Assembly (NCBI GenBank): GCA_964529905.1
Contig: CAZGXJ010000001.1
Coordinates: 45,054-109,053, forward strand
Direction of reading: 5' to 3'
DNA: 64,000 nt
From: an uncultured Nitrososphaeria archaeon
GTDB taxonomy: Archaea; Thermoproteota; Nitrososphaeria; Geothermarchaeales; JDFR-13
Below are positions 9,264-18,917 of the stretch, one piece after another (position 1 is the stretch's first letter; each line of letters starts with the position of its first letter). Both the position numbers and the translations under genes were made by a program. Below the pieces are notes generated by a model. That model did not search any database. It was given only the letters and a program-made list of their open reading frames with translations, and was not told the DNA's origin.

Positions 9264-12200
9264 ATGAGGCCTTATATTAAGAAAGTAGAAATTCACAACT
9301 ATAAAACCCATAGACACACAAGATTGATGTTTTCAAATGGTATTAACAGCATAGTTGGTCCTAATGGGGTGGGAAAATCAAACATTGTAGAGGCTATAAT
9401 TTTCTGTCTTGGAGAAAGAAGTCCTAAAAATCTACGTGTTTCAAACTTTAATGAACTGATATATAACTTTAGAAAAGACCTAGACCTATCAGTAACTCTA
9501 ACAATTGTAGATTCGGATGGAAATGAGCATAAGTTTAAAAGGATATATTCTAGGAAGAAAGGACATATTTACCGTTATAACGGTAAAAATATCTCTAGAA
9601 CTTCATATTTGATAAACTTACTAAAGCTTGGGGGTAAAGGATTCAAATACGTATATATTAGACAGGGAGATATCACACGCTGGGCGGAAGCATCACCTAA
9701 AGAAATAAGAGATATGATCCACGAAGCATTAGGAATCAAACAATACAATCTAAAAAGAAAGGAGGCAATAGAAAAATTAAGACAGGCCGAAGCAAAACTT
9801 GAGGGGATTCAAACAAATTATAGAGAGATGCAAAAAATGATCTATGAGATAAGAGACCTTCTCATAGCTCATGAGACCCGTAAAAATATCTCAAATATGA
9901 TGAACTTAATAGATGCATCCCTAACCCTTGAAGAATTACAGAGATTAGAGGAAAAATATAAAAAAATACAGAATAGGGAAGCGGCACTAGATAAATTACT
10001 AACTAAATTAAAAAAGAAGGAAATGGATCTTGAAAATAAGTTGGAGAGTTATAAAGAGGGAATAAACAAATTAAGAAAATACTACGAAAAATATGAAGAA
10101 CTTTCCAGGGATGTCAACAATACTATATTATCGCTTTTATCCAAGGAAAACATGATTAGAAGTGAAATAAAGGAGAATAAATTGAATAGAATAAATATAC
10201 AAATTGAATATCTTAATGAAAATATAAAAAGGGAAAGGCAAAAGGCCATTGAAGAAGGAAAGATTATTAAAGAAAAAATTAGGACATATAAACTGTATAA
10301 TAAAGAACTGGAAAAACTTAAGAAGATAAAAGAAGCTAAAGAGGCTAAACTATCGGAGATAGAGGAAGAGATAAGTAATCTTGAAAAAGAGAAATTAAAA
10401 AAGTTAAACGAATATTCAAACAAGGTTAGGGAAAACATTGATGAATATATAAAAAGAGGAGTTATTGAGAGCCGTAGAAAAGAGATCCAAAGAGAGATAT
10501 CTGAATTAGATAAAAGAATAGCAAGCTATCGAGATACAATTAACAATCTAAAAAACAAGAAAAATGAATTGGTTCAAGATTTGAAAAAACTAAAGGAAAA
10601 ATTGGATACACTAAAAAAGCAGCATAGAGAATACGGAAGACGTAAAAAACGGGTGGAAAAAGAGATAGGAAATGCATATAAACTACTATCCAAACTAGAT
10701 AGATTAATCGAAAACATAAGAAAAGACGGATTTAACGAAGGTAGATACTATAGAGAAGCAAAGACTACTTTAGAAGTATGTAACAAAATAAAAATAAATG
10801 GAGTATATGGAATCCTTTCTGATCTAATAAAAGGTCCAAGAAACATTCTCAACCTTTTAAAAGATCTTGACGTTAGAGGATGGTATAGTATCATTGTAAA
10901 TAATTATGAAAGTGCACTTGAAGTATTAAAAATAGCTAAAGATCTAAAAAAGGATGTACATGTAAAAATAGTTGATCAGTCTAATTTGATGGATATACCT
11001 GACAACTCTATATTATATAAGCTTAAATATAGCAAAAAGATAGAGCCTCTATTAATAAAAATGTATGGGGATATAGTACTTACTAATAGTTTAGACGAGG
11101 CGCTCGACATAGTCCAAAAAGGATTTAGAGCGGCTTATTTAGACGGTAACTTTCTTATCTATAGTGGAGGCGCTATAAGTTCTGGAAGGATCTTAATTAA
11201 AGTGCCGAAAGATATTGATACAATAATATCTGTTCGAAATAAATTTAGAGATGTAATAACTAAGAGGGAAAAGTATTTAAAAGAATTGGAGAATAGAGAA
11301 AGAAGTCTGGATAGATCAATACAGGAAGAATATGTCAGAATAGTAAATATTAGGTTGACAATCAATTTCATTGATAAAAATATCAAGTTCTTTGAAAACA
11401 TTATAAAAAGACTAAAGAATAAGAAAATTGAAAAAGAGAAACTATTAAAAGAGTATAAAGATATAGCGAATAAGAGAGAAGAAAAAATTGATTTCAAAGA
11501 GATAGATAGAAAAATAGAATTATTAAGGAAGGATAGCGAGTCCTTAACTAAGGATATAGAGGAAATCAATAGCCAAATATCAAATTTATTTGAAAAAATA
11601 ATTGAAATAAAGAGTGATATATCAACATTTAAGAATATAAATAGGGAAAGAAAGGAAAAAATTAAACAATATAAACTTAAGATTAATTCGTTAAAAATGG
11701 AAATCCCCAACCTCAAGGAAAGTATTAAGTCCAAGGCAAAACAACTTGCAACTATAAGAAAACAGATCGAGAATCTCAAAAATAAAAACGAGAAGATAAA
11801 AACAAAATTAAATAAATTGAATGAAAAATCTTCAGAAATAAACAGGAAAATAGGTAAAGCTATGGATATGTTGAAGAAAATTAGAGAGAAGGAAAACGAA
11901 TTTTTAGACAAGAAAAATAGATTGAAGAATAAAATGTTTATACTTAATAAGGAGATAGGGGAGATCAAAAAGAAACTCAGAGAACTGAAATTCAATGAAG
12001 TAAGTATCAAGGATGAAAGAATGGGAACAAAAATTTATGAAAAATTAAGGGAAGAGGAAGAAGAGATCCCAGAAACATCTGAAATGATAAATAAATGGTA
12101 TCACGACAAAATTGAGCCATATAAGATATATAGCCTTAGGAGGGCTGAATTAATTGCTGAAAAAGAGGAAATCCTTAAATTTATAAGGGAAATTGATGAA

Positions 12201-12680
12201 AAGAGAGAGGAAATATTCTTTAAAGGCTTTAAAGAGATTAGAGATAGGTTTATAAACCTCTTTAAAGAGGTATTTCAAGACGGAGAAGTTGAAATAAAAC
12301 TCAGTAAAGAGGATGATATAGATAGCGAAGTATTGATATATGTGAAATTTAAAGATAAGCCTAAGATACTGTTATCTACAGCAAGTGGAGGTGAGAAAAC
12401 ATCCCTCATACTCTTACTCCTCTTCAGTATATATTCCGTAAACAGAGATACCATATTTATCCTTGACGAAGTGGATGCCCATATGGATCTAAGAATTGTT
12501 GATAATATAGCCTCTATCATAAAGGCACAAAAGAAATATAGCCAGATAATCCTGGTAACACTACCCGGACATGACAGTATGATTAACATCGCAGACATAG
12601 TCATACCTGTAACATATTCCAGACAGTCAAGCAAAGTATTCCCAATAAAGAGAGAGATGTTAGATAGGGTGAGTAGATAG
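9264..12680 (+). CDS. smc: SMC chromosome-segregation ATPase
   Basis: 1138 aa. Walker A GPNGVGKSNIVEAIIFCLGERSPKNLR, long K/E/I-rich coiled coils, a hinge starting INGVYGILSDLIKG, and C-terminal signature/Walker B motifs LSTASGGEKTSL...IFILDEVDAHMD. Followed by scpA and scpB. Confidence 0.85.
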   Translation: MRPYIKKVEIHNYKTHRHTRLMFSNGINSIVGPNGVGKSNIVEAIIFCLGERSPKNLRVSNFNELIYNFRKDLDLSVTLTIVDSDGNEHKFKRIYSRKKGHIYRYNGKNISRTSYLINLLKLGGKGFKYVYIRQGDITRWAEASPKEIRDMIHEALGIKQYNLKRKEAIEKLRQAEAKLEGIQTNYREMQKMIYEIRDLLIAHETRKNISNMMNLIDASLTLEELQRLEEKYKKIQNREAALDKLLTKLKKKEMDLENKLESYKEGINKLRKYYEKYEELSRDVNNTILSLLSKENMIRSEIKENKLNRINIQIEYLNENIKRERQKAIEEGKIIKEKIRTYKLYNKELEKLKKIKEAKEAKLSEIEEEISNLEKEKLKKLNEYSNKVRENIDEYIKRGVIESRRKEIQREISELDKRIASYRDTINNLKNKKNELVQDLKKLKEKLDTLKKQHREYGRRKKRVEKEIGNAYKLLSKLDRLIENIRKDGFNEGRYYREAKTTLEVCNKIKINGVYGILSDLIKGPRNILNLLKDLDVRGWYSIIVNNYESALEVLKIAKDLKKDVHVKIVDQSNLMDIPDNSILYKLKYSKKIEPLLIKMYGDIVLTNSLDEALDIVQKGFRAAYLDGNFLIYSGGAISSGRILIKVPKDIDTIISVRNKFRDVITKREKYLKELENRERSLDRSIQEEYVRIVNIRLTINFIDKNIKFFENIIKRLKNKKIEKEKLLKEYKDIANKREEKIDFKEIDRKIELLRKDSESLTKDIEEINSQISNLFEKIIEIKSDISTFKNINRERKEKIKQYKLKINSLKMEIPNLKESIKSKAKQLATIRKQIENLKNKNEKIKTKLNKLNEKSSEINRKIGKAMDMLKKIREKENEFLDKKNRLKNKMFILNKEIGEIKKKLRELKFNEVSIKDERMGTKIYEKLREEEEEIPETSEMINKWYHDKIEPYKIYSLRRAELIAEKEEILKFIREIDEKREEIFFKGFKEIRDRFINLFKEVFQDGEVEIKLSKEDDIDSEVLIYVKFKDKPKILLSTASGGEKTSLILLLLFSIYSVNRDTIFILDEVDAHMDLRIVDNIASIIKAQKKYSQIILVTLPGHDSMINIADIVIPVTYSRQSSKVFPIKREMLDRVSR

Positions 12681-12682
12681 AT

Positions 12683-13321
12683 ATGGATAAGAGAGATAAA
12701 ATAATTCTTCTAGAGACGTTGGAAAACTTGAGAAAATTAAATCCTTGGAAGATCGACATTAAAAAAGAATTGGAGAAGGTATATCTTATTCTTAAGAATT
12801 ATTTTAGTTTAATAATAGCTGGATTGGCAGCAGATAACGCGGCCTATATCTATGTAAGAAAGATAGATGAAATAGAGAGGGTCTTGGATAGAAAAGAGCT
12901 GAAAAGTGAACCAATTAAGGTTGACCTAGATGAAATACCACTACCAAATGTCAATATACGATACATACCACAGAAATATATGATAGATATATCCGATTTA
13001 ATAGAACAGCTCAATGAAATTATCGAGAAAGAAATAAGTAAAAGGATGGAGAGAAATATTACAAAAATAGAAGTAGAAGACTTAAGAAAAAATTTGGAAG
13101 AGAGGCTGAAAGAGGCCCGAAACTTTATATTACATCATATATCCAGAGAGAAGGCTCCCATATTATTTTCAGATCTAGCCAAATTGGGGGTTAGATATGG
13201 GATACAACCATTATACATTTTATATGCATTATTATTTCTCGCCTTCGAAGATATAATTGAGTTGGATATATTAGAGAATGAAGGGTATGTCGATGAAATC
13301 ATCATCAAAAGAAGAGATTGA
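12683..13321 (+). CDS. scpA: Segregation and condensation protein A (kleisin)
   Basis: N-terminal ...LNPWKIDIKKELEKVYLIL (the PW-x-IDI motif of ScpA) and a C-terminal winged-helix-like LYILYALLFLAFEDIIELD. Starts 2 nt after the smc stop. Confidence 0.7.
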   Translation: MDKRDKIILLETLENLRKLNPWKIDIKKELEKVYLILKNYFSLIIAGLAADNAAYIYVRKIDEIERVLDRKELKSEPIKVDLDEIPLPNVNIRYIPQKYMIDISDLIEQLNEIIEKEISKRMERNITKIEVEDLRKNLEERLKEARNFILHHISREKAPILFSDLAKLGVRYGIQPLYILYALLFLAFEDIIELDILENEGYVDEIIIKRRD

Positions 13322-13775
13322 TAGAGGATTACTAGAGGCGATATTCTTTTCGAGTCCAAGGCCACTTACAAAGGAGAGAATTTCGAAGATCCTTGGGGTA
13401 GATAAAAAAGAGGTCGATAGTATCATGGAAAAGTTTATGGATGAATTTAACAGAGTACATAAAGGTGTTAAAATAGTTAAGAAGAGAAAATATTACTACT
13501 TATCTATTGACGATAAATACATAGAATATGTGTCAACCCTTATGGATCCTCCTCCCTTAAATAACAGGCAAAGACTCGTTATAGCTTATCTATATAAAAA
13601 CAAGGAAAGCATGTTAAAAGAATTAAGAAATATCTTTGGCCCATATATCTATAGGGATTTAAAGAAGCTAAGAAGATGGGGGTTTGTATCTATTATAACA
13701 AGAGATAAGAGAAAATACGTGGTTTTAAGACCTGAGGCTGAGGCATATATAATTAGAAGAAGAGGGAGAAGGTAG
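13278..13775 (+). CDS. scpB: Segregation and condensation protein B
   Basis: LLEAIFFSSPRPLTKERISKILGV...VDSIMEKFMDEFN is the ScpB N-terminal wHTH pattern. Overlaps the scpA 3' end; the start could be a downstream Met at 13287/13293. Confidence 0.75.
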   Translation: MKGMSMKSSSKEEIDRGLLEAIFFSSPRPLTKERISKILGVDKKEVDSIMEKFMDEFNRVHKGVKIVKKRKYYYLSIDDKYIEYVSTLMDPPPLNNRQRLVIAYLYKNKESMLKELRNIFGPYIYRDLKKLRRWGFVSIITRDKRKYVVLRPEAEAYIIRRRGRR

Positions 13776-13865
13776 GAAAAGAGATAAATTTATATCTATA
13801 TTAAAAGCCATAAGTTTTTAAGTAGATTTAAGAGATAAAAATCTTTACAAAGGAGGAAGAGAGAG

Positions 13866-14252
13866 ATGGGAATTGTACATTGGGATCTCCATAAAAGAAA
13901 GAAGACAGGCGGTAGAAAAAGGATATGGAGAAAGAAGAGGAAATATGAAATGGGGAGATTTCCTGCAGAGACAATGCTGGGGGAAAGAAAAAGCAAAAAT
14001 ATTAGAACTAAAGGAGGAGATATAAAAGTTAGACTTTTTAGAGATAAATATGTGAATCTAGTTATACCAAACCAAAATAAGGTTGAGAAGACAGAGATAT
14101 TGAGAGTAGTCGAGAATCCTGCCAATAGAGAGTATTCAAGAAGGGGTGTGATAACCAAAGGAGCAATAATTGAAACTAAATATGGTAAGGCGGTGGTCAC
14201 TTCAAGACCGGGACAAGACGGGGTAATAAATGCTGTTTTAATCGAGACATGA
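13866..14252 (+). CDS. rps8e: 30S ribosomal protein eS8 (S8e)
   Basis: [31 protein letters not shown]...[14 protein letters not shown]...[16 protein letters not shown]. Confidence 0.9.
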   Translation: MGIVHWDLHKRKKTGGRKRIWRKKRKYEMGRFPAETMLGERKSKNIRTKGGDIKVRLFRDKYVNLVIPNQNKVEKTEILRVVENPANREYSRRGVITKGAIIETKYGKAVVTSRPGQDGVINAVLIET

Positions 14253-14542
14253 GATTGAAAGATGTGTATATAATCTGGACTACGTATATAGATAGAAAAC
14301 TCACTAAAAAAGAGGGAAGAAGAATATCCAAAAATAAAGCCATATTAAGACCCACAATAGAAGAGTTGGAGGAGGCCGCTAAGAAATTAGGATTTGAAGT
14401 ATTATCTAAAAAGAATGCTAGGTATCCTCCATCCTGGTGGATAAAGGCAGGATACATAGTTATTAGGAAACCAACAGACATATCTAAAAACCAGGTAATA
14501 AATCTAATTGCAAAGGAAATTAGGCGGAGGAGAGGTGGATGA
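14249..14542 (+). CDS. srp19: Signal recognition particle protein SRP19
   Basis: 97 aa; [21 protein letters not shown]...[15 protein letters not shown] is the SRP19 pattern. 4-nt overlap with rps8e. Confidence 0.85.
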   Translation: MRLKDVYIIWTTYIDRKLTKKEGRRISKNKAILRPTIEELEEAAKKLGFEVLSKKNARYPPSWWIKAGYIVIRKPTDISKNQVINLIAKEIRRRRGG

Positions 14543-14763
14543 GGCCAATTGGGAGAATTATCCATTATACAAAATATAGGTTATTTGTTGCTGAGGCGAA
14601 GGAAGCCATAAATTTAAATACCCCAATATATAGCGATAGAAGGAAGAAGATCGGTATCGTAACAGATGTAATTGGACCTATAAATAAGCCGTATCTCGTC
14701 ATCAAGCCGTTAGTAGACAAGCCAGAGAAATATGTTGGTAAAGAAATATATATTTTAAGGTGA
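14539..14763 (+). CDS. gar1: H/ACA RNP protein Gar1
   Basis: 74 aa; IYSDRRKKIGIVTDVIGPINKPYLVIKP matches the Gar1 core (...iG.V.dvfGPv..PY..vk.). 4-nt overlap with srp19. Confidence 0.8.
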   Translation: MRPIGRIIHYTKYRLFVAEAKEAINLNTPIYSDRRKKIGIVTDVIGPINKPYLVIKPLVDKPEKYVGKEIYILR

Positions 14764-15572
14764 TGATAAATATAAAAGAAATAGAGTGCCCAGTATGTAG
14801 GAGTAGAAGAATAATATATAGCAAACATACAGGAGAATATATATGCAAATCATGTGGATATATTACGAGGGACCGAGAATTAAAATATTATAAACCATAT
14901 TCAAAGGGAGACAGAAAGGATAAATATGTTTTTCCATCAAAGAAAAGATATGAATATCGAAGAAGTTACAAGGAAAATCTAATAGAAGAGGTTAAAGATA
15001 TAATTGAACAATATGCATTCCTACTTTCTCTACCGCCTTCAGACGTTACATTAGCCCAAATGCTCATCCCTAAAGTAATTTACAAGGGAAGATGGAATAA
15101 AGAATATTTATCTTTAGCCCTCCTATACATCTCAAATAGATATAATGGACTGGAAAAAAGACCTTTAAAAGAGTTTCTGAGGATAGAGGGGATATCTCCT
15201 AAGAAACTAAGAAAAACTGTAAAACAGATAATTAAAACCGCATCTATAGCACTTAGGTATAAAGTTGATGAAAGAGAAATATTTTCTAAATTTTATGAAA
15301 GGTATGGATATAATGTTAAAGTGGATGAGCTTATAGATAGACTTTATGAAACCATTAAAAGGAATGGGATAGCTAGAAGAAAGAGCTCTAAGACCTTATA
15401 CACATCAATAGCTTATTTATCCTATAAATTATTAATGCCTGAGATGAATCCTAATGACAGGAAAAATGTAACGCTGAGAAATGTAACTAAGCTGACTGGA
15501 GTATCCGAAGTACCTATCAGAAATACGGTGAAGGAAATATTGACGAATATAAATATTGAGATAGGTATATAG
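14760..15572 (+). CDS. tfb: Transcription factor B (TFIIB)-like, short and divergent
   Basis: N-terminal Zn ribbon CPVCRSRRIIYSKHTGEYICKSCGYI and C-terminal cyclin-fold HTH VTKLTGVSEVPIRNTVKEI (compare vagVtEvTIRNryKEl). Only 270 aa, with no canonical B-reader/B-linker sequence visible. Confidence 0.65.
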   Translation: MMINIKEIECPVCRSRRIIYSKHTGEYICKSCGYITRDRELKYYKPYSKGDRKDKYVFPSKKRYEYRRSYKENLIEEVKDIIEQYAFLLSLPPSDVTLAQMLIPKVIYKGRWNKEYLSLALLYISNRYNGLEKRPLKEFLRIEGISPKKLRKTVKQIIKTASIALRYKVDEREIFSKFYERYGYNVKVDELIDRLYETIKRNGIARRKSSKTLYTSIAYLSYKLLMPEMNPNDRKNVTLRNVTKLTGVSEVPIRNTVKEILTNINIEIGI

Positions 15573-15651
15573 TTATTCAAGGAGATATATAATATTTAGA
15601 TAGAAAATAAAAGTTATATAACATAATAGTTTTTAATGGAGGGATTAAAGG

Positions 15652-15870
15652 TTGTCAAAAGAAGAAACATCCAAGGCACCTCAGATAATTAAAAGGCCTG
15701 ATCCTTATGTAAGAATAAAAGCAGTAGATTTTATTAGCGACCTATACTGTATCCTATGCGCTTACAAATCGGAATGCTCCAGTAAGTACACAAAGCATCT
15801 CCTAAAATGTAGATATTTAGAGGATTGGGTACTAAGGAGATATAGAGAAGCGTTATCGAAAAACCAGTAG
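15652..15870 (+). CDS. Small C2HC zinc-finger-like protein
   Basis: 72 aa with a TTG start. YCILCAYKSECSSKYTKHLLKC has C-x2-C-x12-H-x3-C spacing, identical to classical C2H2 fingers. Confidence 0.35.
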   Translation: MSKEETSKAPQIIKRPDPYVRIKAVDFISDLYCILCAYKSECSSKYTKHLLKCRYLEDWVLRRYREALSKNQ

Positions 15871-15914
15871 CTTTTATTAATTAGACTATAACTTAGTCTA
15901 ACTTAGGGTAGAAT

Positions 15915-16508
15915 ATGCGTAAAAAAGATCATTATACCGAGCTGGCAAAAAAATATGGGCTAAGAAGTAGAGCATATTTCAAATTGATGGATATGGATAA
16001 AAGATATAAACTTTTTAAACCTGGAGATATCGTCATAGATATAGGAGCTGCTCCAGGAGGTTGGATAAAATACTCACTAAAAAGGATAGGGTTTGATGGA
16101 TTGGTAATAGGTATCGATTTTAGAGATATAGAACCTTTTAATGAACCAAATGTCTTTATATTAAAAAAGGATATTTTTGATGACAATATACTTAGGGAGA
16201 TAAGAAACATTTTAGGAGATAGATATGCTGATATCGTGCTTAGCGATGCATCTCCAAACATATCAGGAATATATGAAATAGATACAGAAAGGATCTTCGA
16301 TATAAATAAAAGGGTTCTCCAAATATGTGATAAAACACTGAAAGTCGGGGGAACATTGGTACTAAAAACTTTTGAGGGAAGACATGAAAGAAAACTTGTT
16401 AAACTTATTCGAAACCGATTCAAAAAAGTTATTAAATATAAGCCAACACCCTCAAGAAAGAGGAGCTCAGAGACGTATTACATTGGTAAATATCATACGC
16501 TAGAATAA
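15915..16508 (+). CDS. rlmE: 23S rRNA 2'-O-ribose methyltransferase RlmE/FtsJ
   Basis: RSRAYFKLMDMDKRYKLFKPGDIVIDIGAAPGGW...VLSDASPNISGIYEID...LKVGGTLVLKTFEG. Confidence 0.85.
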   Translation: MRKKDHYTELAKKYGLRSRAYFKLMDMDKRYKLFKPGDIVIDIGAAPGGWIKYSLKRIGFDGLVIGIDFRDIEPFNEPNVFILKKDIFDDNILREIRNILGDRYADIVLSDASPNISGIYEIDTERIFDINKRVLQICDKTLKVGGTLVLKTFEGRHERKLVKLIRNRFKKVIKYKPTPSRKRSSETYYIGKYHTLE

Positions 16509-17620
16509 GCTTTCAAAATACTTTCTAAAATATATAACGGTGCATTAGTTCTAATACCATCGCCGTATAGATAAGCCCGATAAGCTTCATAACCTATGTC
16601 GGATAATGATGATAATATATACCTTATAGGAGGCTGAATACATTTCACACGTTTACACAGATTTGAGATCCTATAAATATAAGGAATATTTGTATTATCC
16701 TCTGAAACTTTCCTTAGATACTTATATACATCTGAATATTCCCTAGTTAATTCAGATAACTCACTAAGATCTTCAGATTTTTTGATCATAGAAGATAGAA
16801 AATCCTTATTAACATATGGACCTATCCATATGGGACCAATAACTCCTCCTTTTATATCACTACAACAATCCATACCATCTTTAAGCCTGATAACCGCAAA
16901 ACCATTTTTCTCATCGTAAGTCAAAAATCCAAGTTTATCCCATCTAAATTTAGAGGGGCCTCTATAATATGCAAGATATAAACGGATATAGTTATTTTCA
17001 AAAGTTCCTAAAATAGGTTCTACATAATAATCATATTTTACTGCTAATCTATATATATAAGCAACTAGAATCCTTATAGCAACTTCATGACATATATCAG
17101 AACGATAATAAGACACATCATATCTCCTCTTCAGGGCATCTAGATGGATTCCGCATAATGTCATTAAATCCGTAGCTGTTATAGACAACACACCCTCTCT
17201 TTGAAAAAGATTATAGAATGTAGATGGGATATATTCAATTGGAGAGCCAAATGGATCTACATCGATTAGATCAAATTTAACATGAGAAAAATTGGACATG
17301 AAGACTGAGAAATCATATTTAGACACATTTGAATCTCTAACAATTCCGTTTAAGGAGATATTATATAAGATATTTTTAAATGCATTCCTAGATCTATCAT
17401 TAAAATATATCTCATCTATAACACCACTTTCTACATAATATCTTATCCCTCTAATACCTGTAGCAGATAATGCATCTGCTATAGTTAAATCTCTACCGTG
17501 GAGATACGATAAAGTATAAATAAATACTACACCAAGAGATCTATTAAAACGGGCTCTTGCATTATAGAAAACCCTCTCAAACTTAGCTATTCTAGCTAAT
17601 CCTTCTTTTATAAGCTTCAT
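16493..17620 (-). CDS. trm1: tRNA (guanine26-N2)-dimethyltransferase Trm1
   Basis: VFYNARARFNRSLGV...LSATGIRGIRY...FDLIDVDPFGSPIEY are Trm1 hallmarks; 375 aa. Confidence 0.85.
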   Translation of the reverse strand: MKLIKEGLARIAKFERVFYNARARFNRSLGVVFIYTLSYLHGRDLTIADALSATGIRGIRYYVESGVIDEIYFNDRSRNAFKNILYNISLNGIVRDSNVSKYDFSVFMSNFSHVKFDLIDVDPFGSPIEYIPSTFYNLFQREGVLSITATDLMTLCGIHLDALKRRYDVSYYRSDICHEVAIRILVAYIYRLAVKYDYYVEPILGTFENNYIRLYLAYYRGPSKFRWDKLGFLTYDEKNGFAVIRLKDGMDCCSDIKGGVIGPIWIGPYVNKDFLSSMIKKSEDLSELSELTREYSDVYKYLRKVSEDNTNIPYIYRISNLCKRVKCIQPPIRYILSSLSDIGYEAYRAYLYGDGIRTNAPLYILESILKAYSSV

Positions 17621-17685
17621 AATATATTAGGAATACTCCTTTACCAACAAAAATTATTAAATTCGTTGGTACCGATATTGAATAT

Positions 17686-18219
17686 ATGATAAAAGTATTT
17701 GTAACTGGCCCACCTGGAATTGGTAAGACAACATGTGTGATCAAGTTATATGAAACACTTACAATCTATAACTATAGAGTTGGTGGTTTCGTTTCCGAAG
17801 AGATTAGAAAAAATGGATATAGGGTGGGATTTAAGGTTCGTGATTTATCCAGCGGATCGGAGACGTTATTGGCATCAATATATGAAAAGACAATGCATCG
17901 CATCGGTAAGTATTATGTAAAGCTCGAGGATTTCAATAATTTCTTAGAAAGTTTAGAAAAATTCGATGAATATGATCTTATCATTATCGATGAAATTGGG
18001 CCTATGGAGATGCTTTCAACAAAATTTAAATCACTTGTCACAGATATATTGAGGAGCGAAATACCTGCAGTATTCACTGTACATATAAATATTTCCAATA
18101 AACTTAGAAATCTGTTTAGTACCGACAAGCCTAACATACTATTTAAATTAACAAAGGAAAATAGAGGGGCAATGCCATATATAATATGGAGAGAGATCCA
18201 GAGGTATATCAGAAAATGA
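17686..18219 (+). CDS. Nucleoside-triphosphatase, THEP1 family
   Basis: MIKVFVTGPPGIGKTT...VGGFVSEEIRKNGYRVGFKVRDL...IGKYYV...LIIIDEIGPMEMLSTKF. Confidence 0.8.
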   Translation: MIKVFVTGPPGIGKTTCVIKLYETLTIYNYRVGGFVSEEIRKNGYRVGFKVRDLSSGSETLLASIYEKTMHRIGKYYVKLEDFNNFLESLEKFDEYDLIIIDEIGPMEMLSTKFKSLVTDILRSEIPAVFTVHINISNKLRNLFSTDKPNILFKLTKENRGAMPYIIWREIQRYIRK

Positions 18220-18917
18220 GGAATGAAGTAATTGTTGGGGTGGATGAGGCGGGAAGAGGGGCTGTTGTTGGACCATTATCTATAGCAGCTGTAGCAGTTC
18301 TAAGAAATGGATTAGATACATTAAAGGAAGTTATTAAATATGATTCAAAGAGATATAGCCCAAATAAGAGGAAGGAGTTATATAGATACATAATGGATAA
18401 CTCCTTATTGATAAAGAATATTCTTATCCAACCCCATCAAATAAATAGTGCAATGGCTTCGGGGATCAGTCTCAATATACTTGAAATTAGATATATCTCC
18501 CTCCTATTAAAAGACGCCTTTACAGATCTTCTTGGAATTTTGGAAGATAATCGAGAAATTAAAGTTACGATACAAGTGGACTCAATGTATAACAAGGAAG
18601 TAAAGTGTAAATATCTGATTTATTATTACTTAGGAACAATTAAAGAATTAACAAATAATTTCCATCAGATAAAAATAATATGTAAGAACAAAGGAGATGA
18701 GATATTCCCTGCTGTTAGAGCCGCTTCCATTGTAGCAAAATATTTAAGAGATAGGGAGATAGAAAAATTGAAACATGAATTTGGTGAAATAGGTAGTGGG
18801 TATCCGTCAGACCCAAGAACCATACAATTTCTAAAAAATATAAGAAGGGTCAAGGATGATGATTTAATAAAAAAATTGATAAGAATTTATTGGAAGACCT
18901 GGAGAAATGTGGTCTGA
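18216..18917 (+). CDS. rnhB: Ribonuclease HII
   Basis: VIVGVDEAGRGAVVGPLSIAAV catalytic motif and ...AASIVAKYLRD...GSGYPSD. I prefer the ATG at 18216 (ATGA overlap with the upstream stop) over the track start at 18186. Confidence 0.85.
   Translation: MRNEVIVGVDEAGRGAVVGPLSIAAVAVLRNGLDTLKEVIKYDSKRYSPNKRKELYRYIMDNSLLIKNILIQPHQINSAMASGISLNILEIRYISLLLKDAFTDLLGILEDNREIKVTIQVDSMYNKEVKCKYLIYYYLGTIKELTNNFHQIKIICKNKGDEIFPAVRAASIVAKYLRDREIEKLKHEFGEIGSGYPSDPRTIQFLKNIRRVKDDDLIKKLIRIYWKTWRNVV

Noticed and set aside
10082-12634. Long minus-strand ORFs (10082-10438, 11159-12010, 12275-12634) inside smc
   Set aside because: They are F/L/S/I-rich mirror images of the K/E/I-rich SMC coiled coil. This is a typical antisense artefact of biased codon composition, with no motifs.
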